Notes: a model not told the origin generated them from the sequence alone. Shown: positions 18,407 through 30,429, counted from the first letter of the stretch. The stretch is DNA of 37,647 bases from an uncultured Muribaculaceae bacterium (GCA_964591225.1 CAZQAO010000003.1:1-37647), one strand, 5' to 3'. Made by a program: numbers and translations.

Positions 18407-20204
18407 TCTCTGCACCGCCTTTTATTTTTTTATATTCTTCGATTTGACTATCAAAAAATTGGACTGCTCCTTCAAAGACCTCGGGATTTTGTAAATCTAT
18501 ACCGAGAGTTTGATAAATTTCTTCGGGATACATATTTGATCCACAACTAAGAAATTGTTTATATTTTTCTAAGAAACCAGGTTCGTTATTTAAAATCTTA
18601 CGAGCCACAATTGCCGCCACACTAACACATAAAGCATAACTATATAAATAAAAATGCATATAGTAATGACTACGCGTTACCCACGATAATGATTCATAAC
18701 GATCATGTTTAATACAATTACCTAAATATTCTTTTTTAGTTTCTTTAACTAAATTATTTAAATAGGGAGCAGTAATTGTATTACCACTTTCGACATACGC
18801 ATACATCATTTGCTCCATTTCCGCTTCCATAATCGCATCAAAGAAATTATTTTGGAAAGTTTTTAGAGTATGTTCAATGCCTTGTAACCGTTCCATTTTA
18901 GTATGACCATTTTGAGCTAAATAAGAGTTAACTAAAAACTCATTAGTTAAAGAGGCTACTTCGGCCACAAAACTAGAAGTATCGCAATACCAAGAAGGAT
19001 TATTTTCTTTAACGTATTGATGATGGACATTATGACCACATTCGTGAGCAACTGTTAAAACATCATCAAAGTTACCATTAAAACTTAGAATAATCCGGGA
19101 ATCATGAGTATTAGTAGCAAAACTATAACCACCACTTACTTTGCCTTTGTATTGACAATAATCAATATAATGGCAAGCAAATATTTTGGCGAGTTTTTCT
19201 TCATAATCACTGCCAAGTATTTGTAAAGCTTCTTTAATTAAATCTTCGGCTTCTTCAATCGTATAAGTTTGATGATAATCGGTCCAATCAACTAAAGTAT
19301 CATAATTAGTTAAACTGTCGAGTCCTAAATTTTCTTTGATTAAAGCAAAATAATTTTGCCATGATTTTTTGCCTTTTTTCGCCGCTTTTTTTAAGTTTTC
19401 AAAGACTGCATCGGTAATATGAATACTTGCTAATTTAGCTTCCCATGAAGAGTTATAATGGCGAATATGAGCTAAGTTGACATTATTTTTAATATATTGA
19501 TTTAATAAATTACTTTCAGTATTTTGATATTGAGCGATCACTTTGCCAAATTTGTTATAAGCATTTTTTCTAATCTCCCGATGAGGATTTTGTTTTAAAT
19601 AGCGTAAATTATTAGCCGCAATTTGAATCCGTTTACCATCTTCTAAACGAATGACTCCATAATTATGTTCACTATTAATTAGAGAAGAAGAAATATTTTC
19701 GGGAATTTCATAAGTCTCTGTTAGATAACTAATTAATTTTTCTTCGTTTTCACTTAATATATGACCTTTTAACTCATAAATATCTGTTAATAAAACTCGA
19801 TATTGTTCTAATGAAGGATTTTCTTGAAACAAATTAGCAAATTCAGCCGGCTCTAATTTTAGTAACTTGGGTTCAAAAAAGGCTGTTTCACTTTCTAATG
19901 TTGTATTTAAAGCTAAAATCTTATTTTTCATAGTAATATACTTATCTACTTCTAATTGAACGTCATGAGATAAATAAGCATAGACATATAAATCCATTAC
20001 CGTATTACTAACTTCAATATTCCACTTTAAAAAGTCCTCAACCATCTTCCCCGAAATACTTTGTTGTTGAAACTTAACTACTTCTTTTACTTTTTCTTGG
20101 GTTTTTTGAAAAACTTGTTCCCATTCCTGATCATCTTTAAAATAATCAGTTAATTGCATCTGGTATTTTAAAGGGACATCGGCCCTTTTTTTATATTCTA
20201 ACAT
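18399..20204 (-). CDS. pepF: Oligoendopeptidase F (M3B metallopeptidase)
   Basis: HECGHNVHH zinc site, ~600 aa, PepF-like N-terminus. Confidence 0.85.
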   Translation of the reverse strand: MLEYKKRADVPLKYQMQLTDYFKDDQEWEQVFQKTQEKVKEVVKFQQQSISGKMVEDFLKWNIEVSNTVMDLYVYAYLSHDVQLEVDKYITMKNKILALNTTLESETAFFEPKLLKLEPAEFANLFQENPSLEQYRVLLTDIYELKGHILSENEEKLISYLTETYEIPENISSSLINSEHNYGVIRLEDGKRIQIAANNLRYLKQNPHREIRKNAYNKFGKVIAQYQNTESNLLNQYIKNNVNLAHIRHYNSSWEAKLASIHITDAVFENLKKAAKKGKKSWQNYFALIKENLGLDSLTNYDTLVDWTDYHQTYTIEEAEDLIKEALQILGSDYEEKLAKIFACHYIDYCQYKGKVSGGYSFATNTHDSRIILSFNGNFDDVLTVAHECGHNVHHQYVKENNPSWYCDTSSFVAEVASLTNEFLVNSYLAQNGHTKMERLQGIEHTLKTFQNNFFDAIMEAEMEQMMYAYVESGNTITAPYLNNLVKETKKEYLGNCIKHDRYESLSWVTRSHYYMHFYLYSYALCVSVAAIVARKILNNEPGFLEKYKQFLSCGSNMYPEEIYQTLGIDLQNPEVFEGAVQFFDSQIEEYKKIKGGAENE

Positions 20205-20229
20205 AATGGTTCCTTCCTAGATTTCAGAA

Positions 20230-20251
20230 AAGTTCTAGTCTCCTAGAACTT
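20230..20251 (-). terminator. Stem-loop between dnaK and pepF (partial terminator or mRNA processing/stability element)
   Basis: Stem of 9 bp: the perfect repeat agttctag/ctagaact (20231-20238 / 20243-20250) plus the flanking a-t pair at 20230/20251, around a 4-nt loop. It is followed on the minus strand by tttct. It lies in the 51-nt dnaK-pepF gap. Confidence 0.5.
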
Positions 20252-20255
20252 ACTA

Positions 20256-22115
<1,860 letters not shown>

Positions 22116-22130
22116 TTAATCACCTTTCCT

Positions 22131-22670
22131 TTATTCGCTTACTTTAACCATGGCTGGTCTTAGTAATTTATCTTTATACATATATCCTTTTTGTAAAACT
22201 TCCAATACTTGATTTTTGGGAATTCCTTCCACGTGATCAGTTAGGACAGCTTCCATCTTCGCTGAATCAAACTCTTCTTCTTTACACACAATTTCCGTTA
22301 CTTCATGATCATTTAAAATACTAAGTAAACTAGTATAAATCATTTTAAAACCACTTAAGAATTTGGAAAGTTCATCCGTTAAATCATTATCATCTAATTG
22401 AATAGCTCGTTCAAAATTATCAATAATTGGTAATAACTGTTTATATATATCATTACCTTCATACTTCCGAATCCGAGCTATTTCTTCTTCCATTCTTCTT
22501 TGCATATTTTGGGCATTAGCACTTACCCGCAACAGTTTTTCTTGCAAAGCCGCATTTTCTTTTTTTAAATTTTCGACTTCTTTATTTTTTTTCGGTTTCT
22601 TGGTCTTTGGTTCTACCTTAGTATTTTTTTCAACCTTGGTTTCTTTTTTTTCTTTTTCTTCCATAGGCAT
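22131..22670 (-). CDS. grpE: Nucleotide exchange factor GrpE
   Basis: Charged coiled-coil N-terminus, GrpE core (LLPIIDNFERA, GYMYKDKLLRPAMVKV), and its position between hrcA and dnaK. Confidence 0.92.
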   Translation of the reverse strand: MPMEEKEKKETKVEKNTKVEPKTKKPKKNKEVENLKKENAALQEKLLRVSANAQNMQRRMEEEIARIRKYEGNDIYKQLLPIIDNFERAIQLDDNDLTDELSKFLSGFKMIYTSLLSILNDHEVTEIVCKEEEFDSAKMEAVLTDHVEGIPKNQVLEVLQKGYMYKDKLLRPAMVKVSE

Positions 22671-22681
22671 ATATCCCTTCC

Positions 22682-23689
22682 TTATTTTTTATCATTTAAC
22701 TCATTTTGAAGATATTCCAGCATTCCTACAACACGATCATATTCCATTCTCTTGGGCCCGACAATGGCAATGGTACCTTCTTCACCATTCAACTTATATT
22801 TACTTTTTATAATGGTGACATTAGGATCAAAGTCATTTTCTTTACCAATACAAATTTTAATTTTGCTCTCATCATCGTCGTCATCGTCTTCAATTCGTTT
22901 GATAAAATTTTCATCTTCAAATTTACTAGCCAATCGTTTAATCTCTAACGCATCATTATATTCCGGCTCATCAAAGATTTTAGTTTTTCCCCCAAAATGA
23001 ATATTTTGACCTTTATTCAAAAAATCTTTAAAAGCATCGGCAAAAATATTATATACCATCTCATACTGCTTAATTTGTCTACTTATGATTGGCTTGATTT
23101 CAAATTCCAAACGTTTTGCTACTTCTTGAATGGGGGTACCGACTAACATTTTATTAATAATCTCACTAGTTTTAACAATCTCTTGAATTTCATCTTTGTT
23201 TTCTAATTGAAATTGTTTACTTTCGACGATACCTTTATCCGTACACACAAGAGCAATAATTTTATTATCTTGAAGAGGAATAATACTTACTTGCTGCAAA
23301 TGATTTTCTAAAGAACTTTTTCCTAAGACAATACTTGTATAATTGGTAATTTCACTGATGATTTCGACACATTTATTGATCGGATCACTAAGTTCTAGTT
23401 CATTATTCTTAAAGATAGTTTGTAACTTTAACATATCTTCACCAGTTAGTTCTTTAGGCTTCATTAAATTAGTAACATAATACTTGTAACCAGCTTCACT
23501 AGGAATCCGTCCCGAAGAAATATGGTTCTTTTCAATATAACCTAAACTTTCTAACACAGCCATTTCATTACGAATGGTGGCACTAGAACAATTAAACTTT
23601 TTACATAAAGACTTACTGCCAATCGGTTTAACGGTCTTTATATAAGATTCGACAATCTCTTTTAGGATCTTTTTTTGTCTTTCATCCAT
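22682..23689 (-). CDS. hrcA: Heat-inducible transcription repressor HrcA
   Basis: Winged-helix N-terminus (IGSKSLCKKFNCSSATIRNEMAVLESLGYIEKNHISSGRIPSEAGYKYYV) with CIRCE operators upstream. ATG 23689 is preferred over GTG 23698. Contains an unusual DDDDDDE insert. Confidence 0.92.
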   Translation of the reverse strand: MDERQKKILKEIVESYIKTVKPIGSKSLCKKFNCSSATIRNEMAVLESLGYIEKNHISSGRIPSEAGYKYYVTNLMKPKELTGEDMLKLQTIFKNNELELSDPINKCVEIISEITNYTSIVLGKSSLENHLQQVSIIPLQDNKIIALVCTDKGIVESKQFQLENKDEIQEIVKTSEIINKMLVGTPIQEVAKRLEFEIKPIISRQIKQYEMVYNIFADAFKDFLNKGQNIHFGGKTKIFDEPEYNDALEIKRLASKFEDENFIKRIEDDDDDDESKIKICIGKENDFDPNVTIIKSKYKLNGEEGTIAIVGPKRMEYDRVVGMLEYLQNELNDKK

Positions 23690-23704
23690 TCTCCTCACCT
23701 TGAA

Positions 23705-23731
23705 TTAGCACTCTTTCATTTGAAATGCTAA
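23705..23731 (-). promoter_or_regulatory. CIRCE operator 1 (TTAGCACTC-N9-AAATGCTAA), degenerate right arm
   Basis: ttagcactc tttcatttg aaatgctaa. Matches the CIRCE consensus TTAGCACTC-N9-GAGTGCTAA with 2 mismatches. Lies between the -10 and the hrcA RBS. Confidence 0.8.
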
Positions 23732-23735
23732 ATCC

Positions 23736-23764
23736 ATTATAATCATATGATTAGCACTTGTCAA
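23736..23764 (-). promoter_or_regulatory. SigA promoter of the hrcA-grpE-dnaK operon (TTGACA-17-TATAAT)
   Basis: Minus strand has ttgaca (23764-23759), the 17-nt spacer agtgctaatcatatgat, then tataat (23741-23736). The -35 lies inside CIRCE operator 2. Confidence 0.8.
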
Positions 23765-23778
23765 GATATGAGTGCTAA
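23751..23778 (-). promoter_or_regulatory. CIRCE operator 2 (TTAGCACTT-N10-GAGTGCTAA)
   Basis: ttagcactt gtcaagatat gagtgctaa. Near-perfect arms with a 10-nt spacer instead of 9. Overlaps the -35 box. Confidence 0.8.
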
Positions 23779-23797
23779 TTTTTTTAAATTTTTTGTC

Positions 23798-23823
23798 AAA
23801 AAAAGTTTAACTACCTGTTAAAC
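23798..23823 (-). terminator. Rho-independent terminator of the 417-aa gene
   Basis: Minus strand reads gtttaac-aggta-gttaaac followed by ttttttt, 8 nt after the stop at 23831. Confidence 0.7.
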
Positions 23824-23830
23824 CTCTTTA

Positions 23831-25084
23831 TTACCTAGACTTAATTTTAGCTAAACGTTTCCCTAAATCAATATCGTAATCTAAATCTTCATTGATAATT
23901 GGTCTTATTTGCCAAAAAAGTTTATTGATCTCATCTAAGCGATAAACTTTATCCGGAGCATTTTTAATATCTTCTAAATATAAATCTAGGTACGAAATAG
24001 CATTTGCTATAACTTCATTATCACTATGAGCCATTATTTTATCAAAAAATGCATAATATTCTGCAATAGTATTAGGATAAGCAAAAATAACTACTTGATA
24101 TAAATTTTTTAAACAAGTTTTAATTTCTTTTTCTTCGATGCCGAGTCTTACTAAATCAGCACTTAAACTAATCATTTCGTCATAAGTTAAAGGATAAATT
24201 ACTCTTTGTAAATCAATATCATATATCGATTGAATTTTATGATACAACTTTTTATAATCCCGAGGAGCTAATTTTTCTAAATTTAAAGAAGCACTTTTTG
24301 GTTCCATACTCAAATATTCGGTTTCTTTTTGTTTGCGTTTTTCTAATTGATTTTGTAATAAATATTCGATCTTCTCTCGTAAGACCGCATTAATTTTCAA
24401 AGCTTGAAAAGCCTTCATAACAAATTTAATATCTTTTTCCGTATAATTATCATTGGCAAAATAATGACTTTCTAAAGATGAATAAATAATAGCTTGGGGA
24501 TGAATAGTTTTTAAATTATTTAAATATTCTGCTACTTGTTTTTGGAATTGTTGTTGCTCATAAGTTAAATTCTCAGGATTTTCTTGTAAAACTTCATTTA
24601 AATCTTTACTAAATAAAAATTTATTATATTCTTCCTTATTCATTCCCGCAATTTGAAATGGTTTTAAATCCTTAGCATTTAAAAAGACTGAATCATCGTT
24701 ATTAATAATTCTAATATTTCTTTGTAAAAAAACATAAATAATATTTAAGTCATCGCGAGTAGGTAATTTACTTTGCAATAATAACCGAGATAAAGCCGCA
24801 AAGTTATCAAAAATACCTAAATACTCTTGATTATCATCAATAATATAATCTAAATATGCTAAGACATGATAAAGATCTTGACCATATTTCATAAAATCAC
24901 TTTGCGCATAATTTTCTTGAATTTCCTTATAAATATCTTCTTTTCTAAGATTAGGACCTAATTCCCCCATTTTTTTGGTTAAGATACGGCGACAATCCTT
25001 TCCGTATTGCAGCGCCCATTTAGTAACTTCTTCTTTGAGAAAATCGGCTAACTTTTGGATACTTTTCATTTTTTCTGTTTCCAT
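23831..25084 (-). CDS. Hypothetical cytoplasmic protein, 417 aa, apparently helix-rich by composition, no recognisable motif
   Basis: Long ORF with RBS aaaggag 6 nt upstream of the ATG, its own consensus promoter and its own terminator. No TM helix, signal peptide or catalytic motif seen. Confidence 0.7.
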   Translation of the reverse strand: METEKMKSIQKLADFLKEEVTKWALQYGKDCRRILTKKMGELGPNLRKEDIYKEIQENYAQSDFMKYGQDLYHVLAYLDYIIDDNQEYLGIFDNFAALSRLLLQSKLPTRDDLNIIYVFLQRNIRIINNDDSVFLNAKDLKPFQIAGMNKEEYNKFLFSKDLNEVLQENPENLTYEQQQFQKQVAEYLNNLKTIHPQAIIYSSLESHYFANDNYTEKDIKFVMKAFQALKINAVLREKIEYLLQNQLEKRKQKETEYLSMEPKSASLNLEKLAPRDYKKLYHKIQSIYDIDLQRVIYPLTYDEMISLSADLVRLGIEEKEIKTCLKNLYQVVIFAYPNTIAEYYAFFDKIMAHSDNEVIANAISYLDLYLEDIKNAPDKVYRLDEINKLFWQIRPIINEDLDYDIDLGKRLAKIKSR

Positions 25085-25113
25085 AAAATACTCCTTTGTT
25101 AATAGCGAGAGTT

Positions 25114-25142
25114 ATTATATGAATTATAGTTTTGTTTGTCAA
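25114..25142 (-). promoter_or_regulatory. Perfect-consensus SigA promoter (TTGACA-17-TATAAT) for the 417-aa gene
   Basis: Minus strand has ttgaca (25142-25137), the 17-nt spacer aacaaaactataattca, then tataat (25119-25114). This is about 30 nt upstream of ATG 25084. Confidence 0.75.
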
Positions 25143-25145
25143 ATA

Positions 25146-26360
25146 TTAAAAATAGTATTTAATGGTAAAAGTAGTGCCATTATTATTAGAGCTTACCTGA
25201 ACACTACCATTATCTTTTTCAATAATAGTTTTCGCAAGAGCTAGTCCAATACCCGCATTTTCTTCACTACTATTTGTTCCTTGATAAAATCGTTCAAATA
25301 TGTGCGGCAAGTCAGTATCCGAAATACCCCCAGCTTCATCCTCTATTTTAATTAAAGTATAAACTTGATTTTGAGAGTAAGATATTTTAATAGATTTATG
25401 AGTAATAGAATGTTCAATACAGTTTTTTAAAATATTCGTTAAGGCTTCAATTTGCCATTTAGCATCCACTACTAATGTTACTTTTTCTTGATTCATTACT
25501 TGAATAGATATATTTTTTAAATCACATAAAGCCGAAACATTTTTTAAGGTTTCATTAATAATTTTTGTAACTAGCACTTTCTTTCTAATAAAATCAATTG
25601 TATTAGCATCAAATTTAGAAAGTTTTAATAGGGATTGAACTAAAAAATTCATCTGCATAACTTCCCGTTTAATATCGTGTAAAAAATCAATTTGCACTTC
25701 TCTAGTCATTTCTTCATCATCAATTAAATCATCTAACATAATTAAAATACTTGTTAAAGGTGTTTTTAACTGATGAGAGATATCTTCCAATGAACTTTTT
25801 AAATTTAATTTATCTTGATTAGAATTTAAGGCAGCTTCTTTTAACATAACCGTCGTCTTATAAATTTCATTTTTTAATATCGATAATTCATCTTCATCCA
25901 GGGTATTTATTTTTAATTCATAATTTTGATGATTAATTTCTTCAATATATTTAGTAATATCTTTAATATCTCGTTCTTTTTGACAATTATATTTTAAAAA
26001 TAACCAAAAGACTATTAAGATACTAACTAGTAAAAAACTAATATTAATAACTAAAAAAGAATGATATAGTTTTTGATTTTTTAAAACTATTGCTTCTTTT
26101 TCTAAATCAATACCATATTTAGAAAAAAAGGTATTATCTGGTAAATACTCGCTATTAATAATTTGTAAAATTTCGTTGTCACTAATACGGGGATAATGCT
26201 TTTTTATAGTACTAATAATACTTGCAATCGTATTATTAAAATTAATAGTGTACTTATGATATTCATATATATTTAACCCTAAGAAGATAAGACTTAATAT
26301 TAAAGTTACCAACCACGTCGTTAAGATATATTTTTTAAACTTAATCTTATTTTTCATCAA
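25146..26360 (-). CDS. Sensor histidine kinase (2 TM helices, ~70-aa extracytoplasmic loop, HisKA + HATPase)
   Basis: H-box EDISHQLKTPLTSI, N-box NILKNCIEHS, G-boxes EDEAGGI and GIGLALAK. TM helices near residues 11-32 and 101-122. Overlaps the response-regulator stop by 14 nt. Confidence 0.9.
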   Translation of the reverse strand: MMKNKIKFKKYILTTWLVTLILSLIFLGLNIYEYHKYTINFNNTIASIISTIKKHYPRISDNEILQIINSEYLPDNTFFSKYGIDLEKEAIVLKNQKLYHSFLVINISFLLVSILIVFWLFLKYNCQKERDIKDITKYIEEINHQNYELKINTLDEDELSILKNEIYKTTVMLKEAALNSNQDKLNLKSSLEDISHQLKTPLTSILIMLDDLIDDEEMTREVQIDFLHDIKREVMQMNFLVQSLLKLSKFDANTIDFIRKKVLVTKIINETLKNVSALCDLKNISIQVMNQEKVTLVVDAKWQIEALTNILKNCIEHSITHKSIKISYSQNQVYTLIKIEDEAGGISDTDLPHIFERFYQGTNSSEENAGIGLALAKTIIEKDNGSVQVSSNNNGTTFTIKYYF

Positions 26361-26997
26361 TCCGATACCCTATTCCTTTAATTGTGGTAATAATATCCGT
26401 TCCTAGCTTTGCCCTAATCCGTTTTAAATAAACTGTAATCGTATGATCATCGACATCATTGCCCGTCCATTCATAAATATAAGCTAATAGTGTATGGCGA
26501 GTAACAACTTTATTCCGATTTAAAAATAATAATTGTAATAATTTTAATTCTAAAGTAGTTAAAGAAATAACTTCATTTTGTTTATAGACTATTAATTTAT
26601 CCATATCAAAGGTAATATCTTGAATAGTAATTTGATTATTTTTATGGCGATTTAAGATTTTATTGATCCGAGCCATTAATTCTTTGGTACTAAAGGGTTT
26701 GGTTAAATAATCTTCGGCTCCTTCATTTAAGCAAGCGACAATTTTATCTTCATTATCATTAGCAGTTAGAAATATAGTCGGAATTAATAATGATTTTAAT
26801 TTTTCTTGATAAAACTTAAAGCCATCCCCATCCGGTAACGTAATATCTAATATTATTAAATCGACAGCATTACTTTTTAAAAACGTAAGAGCAGCATTTA
26901 AAGTCGTCTTATAAATAACATGATAATTATTTTTTTCTAAAGAATAAACTAATCCTTTAATAATAGTCATATTATCTTCAATTAGTAAAATAGGCAT
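26347..26997 (-). CDS. OmpR/PhoB-family response regulator
   Basis: Receiver domain (ILLIEDN, DLIILDITLPDGDG, KPF) and a winged-helix output domain (TLELKLLQLL..., IKGIGYRI). ATG 26997 with RBS gaggtg is preferred over GTG 27006. Confidence 0.92.
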   Translation of the reverse strand: MPILLIEDNMTIIKGLVYSLEKNNYHVIYKTTLNAALTFLKSNAVDLIILDITLPDGDGFKFYQEKLKSLLIPTIFLTANDNEDKIVACLNEGAEDYLTKPFSTKELMARINKILNRHKNNQITIQDITFDMDKLIVYKQNEVISLTTLELKLLQLLFLNRNKVVTRHTLLAYIYEWTGNDVDDHTITVYLKRIRAKLGTDIITTIKGIGYRIDEK

Positions 26998-27042
26998 ATT
27001 ATTCACCTCTACCTTATTATAAAAAAGGATAAAGACAAAAGT

Positions 27043-29727
27043 CTATATATTTTCATTCCGGATAGTTTCAATAGTATTTTGTTTATTAATCTTACTCATG
27101 GAATATTTCATAATGACAGAGATTAGTAAAAAGACAGCGATTATGGTAATTAAAACTGGTCCTAGTGGAAAGTGATATGGTAAACCTTCATTTCTTCCTA
27201 AGAAACTATAGATAAGTATCGATAAAACTATCCCAATTGGTATTCCAAATAATAATGATTTTAAACCCATAAATAAACTTTCTAACCGAATCATCCTGGT
27301 AAACTCTTTTTTAGTCATACCGACACTTTTAAGCATCGCAAATTCTGGTTTTCTAAGTTCCATATTAGTAGTAATAGTATTAAAGATATTCGTAATCCCA
27401 ATTAAAGTAATTACGATAATAAAACCATACAAGAAGATACCAACTAGAGTTATTAGATTTTCCCTTGCTTTTACATTTTCTTCTGTGTTATTCAAGCTAT
27501 ATTCTTCATCTTCTGTTAAATAGTTATCTATATCATCTTGAAGTTTAGTGGCATTGTTTGAATCAAATAATATTTTCAATGAATTAGTTTTTGCAATGCT
27601 ATCAAATAATTCATCACTTACAAATAACTGCTTAACATTATCACTTTTTTTTAGACCAAAAGGTTGCGTATATGCTACATCACATATTTCAAAGGTATAA
27701 TCATTACCAGAGTCAAGCTTACCACTTATTTTATCACCTTTTTTATAATCAAGTACCCTTAAAGTTTTTCTTTCATTTTTTTCAGTTTTCTCAGTTCTAT
27801 ATTGAGGTAAATTTTCAAAGTAATCATATAATATAGCTTTATCTTTTACCTCATCATAATTTAATCCTAGTGAACTTATATATTTTTTATATTGCTCTTT
27901 TCCTAAAGCATAAACCGTGAGCATATCTTTAACTGTATCATCTTCTTCAAAATGCATACCAGTCCATTCAAGATATTCTGGGTTATATTTTACATTTTCA
28001 AACATAAATGTTGTCTTCCTTAACACTACAAAATCTTCAATATTATCTAATTTTGTTGTACCTAAATATGTTTCAAAGTTTTTGTCTGAAATATCTGAGG
28101 TTGTAAGGGATAAATTATAGTCGGTTAAGTTTATCTCAGTTTCAACTGATTTCAACATAATATTCATAAAAGATGCTAGAGCTATAAACGCAGATACAGA
28201 AATTACTATAGAAATTACTATAGTTTTATATCTTTTTTTATTTCTCTTTAAGTTTTTATATGATATTTCTCCACCTATACCAAATACTTTTTTAATTATT
28301 TTTGGCGATTTTAGTTTTTTAGTATTTATTTTAATATCTGCACTATTTCTAATAGAATCAATTGGAGATACTTTAGATGCTCTTTTTGCACTTCTAAATG
28401 CTGAAAAGTACATAGTAATAATACCAAGTATTACAACGATAATTACTGAAACAAATGAAAATACAAATTTTAATTCTAACTGACCTTGTGAGATGTTTTT
28501 AAAATATACATTACAAACAAGAATAAGAATATATGTTGCTAAAAAGCCACAAAGTATTCCAAGTGGTATACCAATTAAACCTAAAATAGTTGCTTCAAAA
28601 AATATGTTTTTCCTAATTTGCTTTTTAGTTGCCCCAACACTCCTAAGCATACCATATTGCTTAGTTTTTTCTGTAATAGATATATCAAAGCTGTTCTTAA
28701 TACAAAATACGGAAGTTATTACAATTATTACAATAACTAAGCATGCTACTACTCCAAGGCCTACTAAACTGCTATTCGCAATTGGGTTAGTTTCAAGATC
28801 AATTAGGTAATCATTTATATTGATTTGGTATTTTTGTTTTTGAGTTTCAACTGTATATTTTTCAAAAGTTTCAGCACTCGTATCAGTACCTTTTTTTATC
28901 TTTTCAAATATATCTGGATCTACTCCTAAAATATTTGCTGTTAGTCTATATGCATTCTTAGTTCCATCTTTTGTATATCTTGTATATATATCATAATATT
29001 CTGCTTTTTCTTCCTCATTTAAGTAAGTAATAAAGGTATATCCGGGTGCTATATAACTTTCAATGTTTGTTGCAGGTCTTTCAATTATTCCAACTATTTT
29101 ATATGTTTTAGAAGTTGTATCTATTATTTGTTCTCCATTATCAAAAGTAACTGTCCTTATTTCTCCAGTAATAGGATCAATTATGTCACTAGATTCCCCA
29201 CTGACTTGAAAAGGATTACTTTGTTTTAGTTTAACACCATCACTTCCAATTCTTGTTCCTATATTAAGAGTAATAGTTTCTCCTATTTTTAGTTCAAGTC
29301 TTCCATTAGTTTTTAAGTGAGTAGGAATTACTATTTCTTCACTATTTTCTGGAAGTCTTCCACTTACAAGTTTTACTGATAGATTTTCTAACGAATCTTT
29401 ACTAAATGCTTTTACATATGCATAAGGCTTATATTCATTTTTTGATGCTATTTTTGCATATCCTATATTTTTAGTTATATTAACATTTTCGATTTTTTTG
29501 TTATTTTTAAATACAGAAAGGTCAGATGCTGGTACATCATAATATGCTACATGAAAATTTCCGTTTTCGGTAGTTTCAAAGTTTATTAGTGTTTGAATAC
29601 CACTAACATAAATACAAGCCACAGCAGTAATTAGTGCAACCGACAAAGTAATTCCGATAATAGTAACGATGGTTCTTTTCTTATTTAGTTTTAAATTCTT
29701 AATTGTTAACTTACTTAATAGATGCAT
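27043..29727 (-). CDS. ABC transporter permease, duplicated FtsX/MacB-type (two 1+3 TM units, each with a ~240-290 aa extracytoplasmic domain)
   Basis: 894 aa. Both halves show a TM1 - large loop - three clustered TM helices pattern. FtsX-like segments include GMLRSVGATKKQI and AMLKSVGMTKKEF. Confidence 0.85.
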   Translation of the reverse strand: MHLLSKLTIKNLKLNKKRTIVTIIGITLSVALITAVACIYVSGIQTLINFETTENGNFHVAYYDVPASDLSVFKNNKKIENVNITKNIGYAKIASKNEYKPYAYVKAFSKDSLENLSVKLVSGRLPENSEEIVIPTHLKTNGRLELKIGETITLNIGTRIGSDGVKLKQSNPFQVSGESSDIIDPITGEIRTVTFDNGEQIIDTTSKTYKIVGIIERPATNIESYIAPGYTFITYLNEEEKAEYYDIYTRYTKDGTKNAYRLTANILGVDPDIFEKIKKGTDTSAETFEKYTVETQKQKYQININDYLIDLETNPIANSSLVGLGVVACLVIVIIVITSVFCIKNSFDISITEKTKQYGMLRSVGATKKQIRKNIFFEATILGLIGIPLGILCGFLATYILILVCNVYFKNISQGQLELKFVFSFVSVIIVVILGIITMYFSAFRSAKRASKVSPIDSIRNSADIKINTKKLKSPKIIKKVFGIGGEISYKNLKRNKKRYKTIVISIVISVSAFIALASFMNIMLKSVETEINLTDYNLSLTTSDISDKNFETYLGTTKLDNIEDFVVLRKTTFMFENVKYNPEYLEWTGMHFEEDDTVKDMLTVYALGKEQYKKYISSLGLNYDEVKDKAILYDYFENLPQYRTEKTEKNERKTLRVLDYKKGDKISGKLDSGNDYTFEICDVAYTQPFGLKKSDNVKQLFVSDELFDSIAKTNSLKILFDSNNATKLQDDIDNYLTEDEEYSLNNTEENVKARENLITLVGIFLYGFIIVITLIGITNIFNTITTNMELRKPEFAMLKSVGMTKKEFTRMIRLESLFMGLKSLLFGIPIGIVLSILIYSFLGRNEGLPYHFPLGPVLITIIAVFLLISVIMKYSMSKINKQNTIETIRNENI

Positions 29728-29739
29728 AAAGTGATCCTC

Positions 29740-30402
29740 CTAAACAATTTTTCCATCTTCTAATTTAATAATGCGATCCGCTTCTTTAGCAATTTCCATG
29801 TTATGAGTAATCATAATAATAGTTTGTTTTAATTCTTTATTAGATTTTTTTAAAAGAGCCACTATTTCATCACTCGATTTAGAATCTAAGTTACCAGTTG
29901 GTTCATCAGCTAAAATGATAGTTGGATTCGTAATTAAGGCTCTTCCAATACTCGTTTTTTGTTGTTGTCCTCCCGATAATTCATTAGGTAAGTGATGGCG
30001 TCGATTAGTTAAACCTAATAGTTTTAACATCTCATCTAACTTTTCTTGAGAAACTTCCCGATTATCTAAAGCTAGGGGTAAAGTAATATTTTCTTCGACA
30101 TTTAAAATAGGAATTAAATTATAAAATTGATAAATTAATCCTACTTGGCGTCTTCTAAAGATAGCTAATTTATCATCATCAAAACTAAAGATATCGGTGC
30201 CATCAATATAAACTTTGCCACTCGTCGGCCGATCAACTCCCCCAATTAAATGTAATAATGTCGATTTACCACTGCCACTAGCTCCGACAATGGTCACAAA
30301 CTCTCCTTTGGAAACGGAAAAAGAAACATTATCCAAAGCTACTACTTTCGTCGTATTTTTACCATAAATTTTCGTTAAATTCTCGACTCTAAGTATTTCC
30401 AT
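29740..30402 (-). CDS. ABC transporter ATP-binding protein (MacB/LolD/FtsE-like)
   Basis: Walker A GASGSGKST, Q-loop, signature LSGGQQQ, Walker B ILADEPT, H-loop ITHN. Confidence 0.95.
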   Translation of the reverse strand: MEILRVENLTKIYGKNTTKVVALDNVSFSVSKGEFVTIVGASGSGKSTLLHLIGGVDRPTSGKVYIDGTDIFSFDDDKLAIFRRRQVGLIYQFYNLIPILNVEENITLPLALDNREVSQEKLDEMLKLLGLTNRRHHLPNELSGGQQQKTSIGRALITNPTIILADEPTGNLDSKSSDEIVALLKKSNKELKQTIIMITHNMEIAKEADRIIKLEDGKIV

Positions 30403-30429
30403 AAAGCGTATCTCCTCTTTTCTAACTAC

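Noticed and set aside
27450-29600. CpG-poor, slightly lower-GC central part of the ABC permease gene as a sign of horizontal acquisition
   Set aside because: Hand counts gave ~8 CpG/kb here against ~21/kb in valS. However, another membrane-protein gene (7385-8278) is similarly CpG-poor, so the difference is explained by hydrophobic amino-acid composition.
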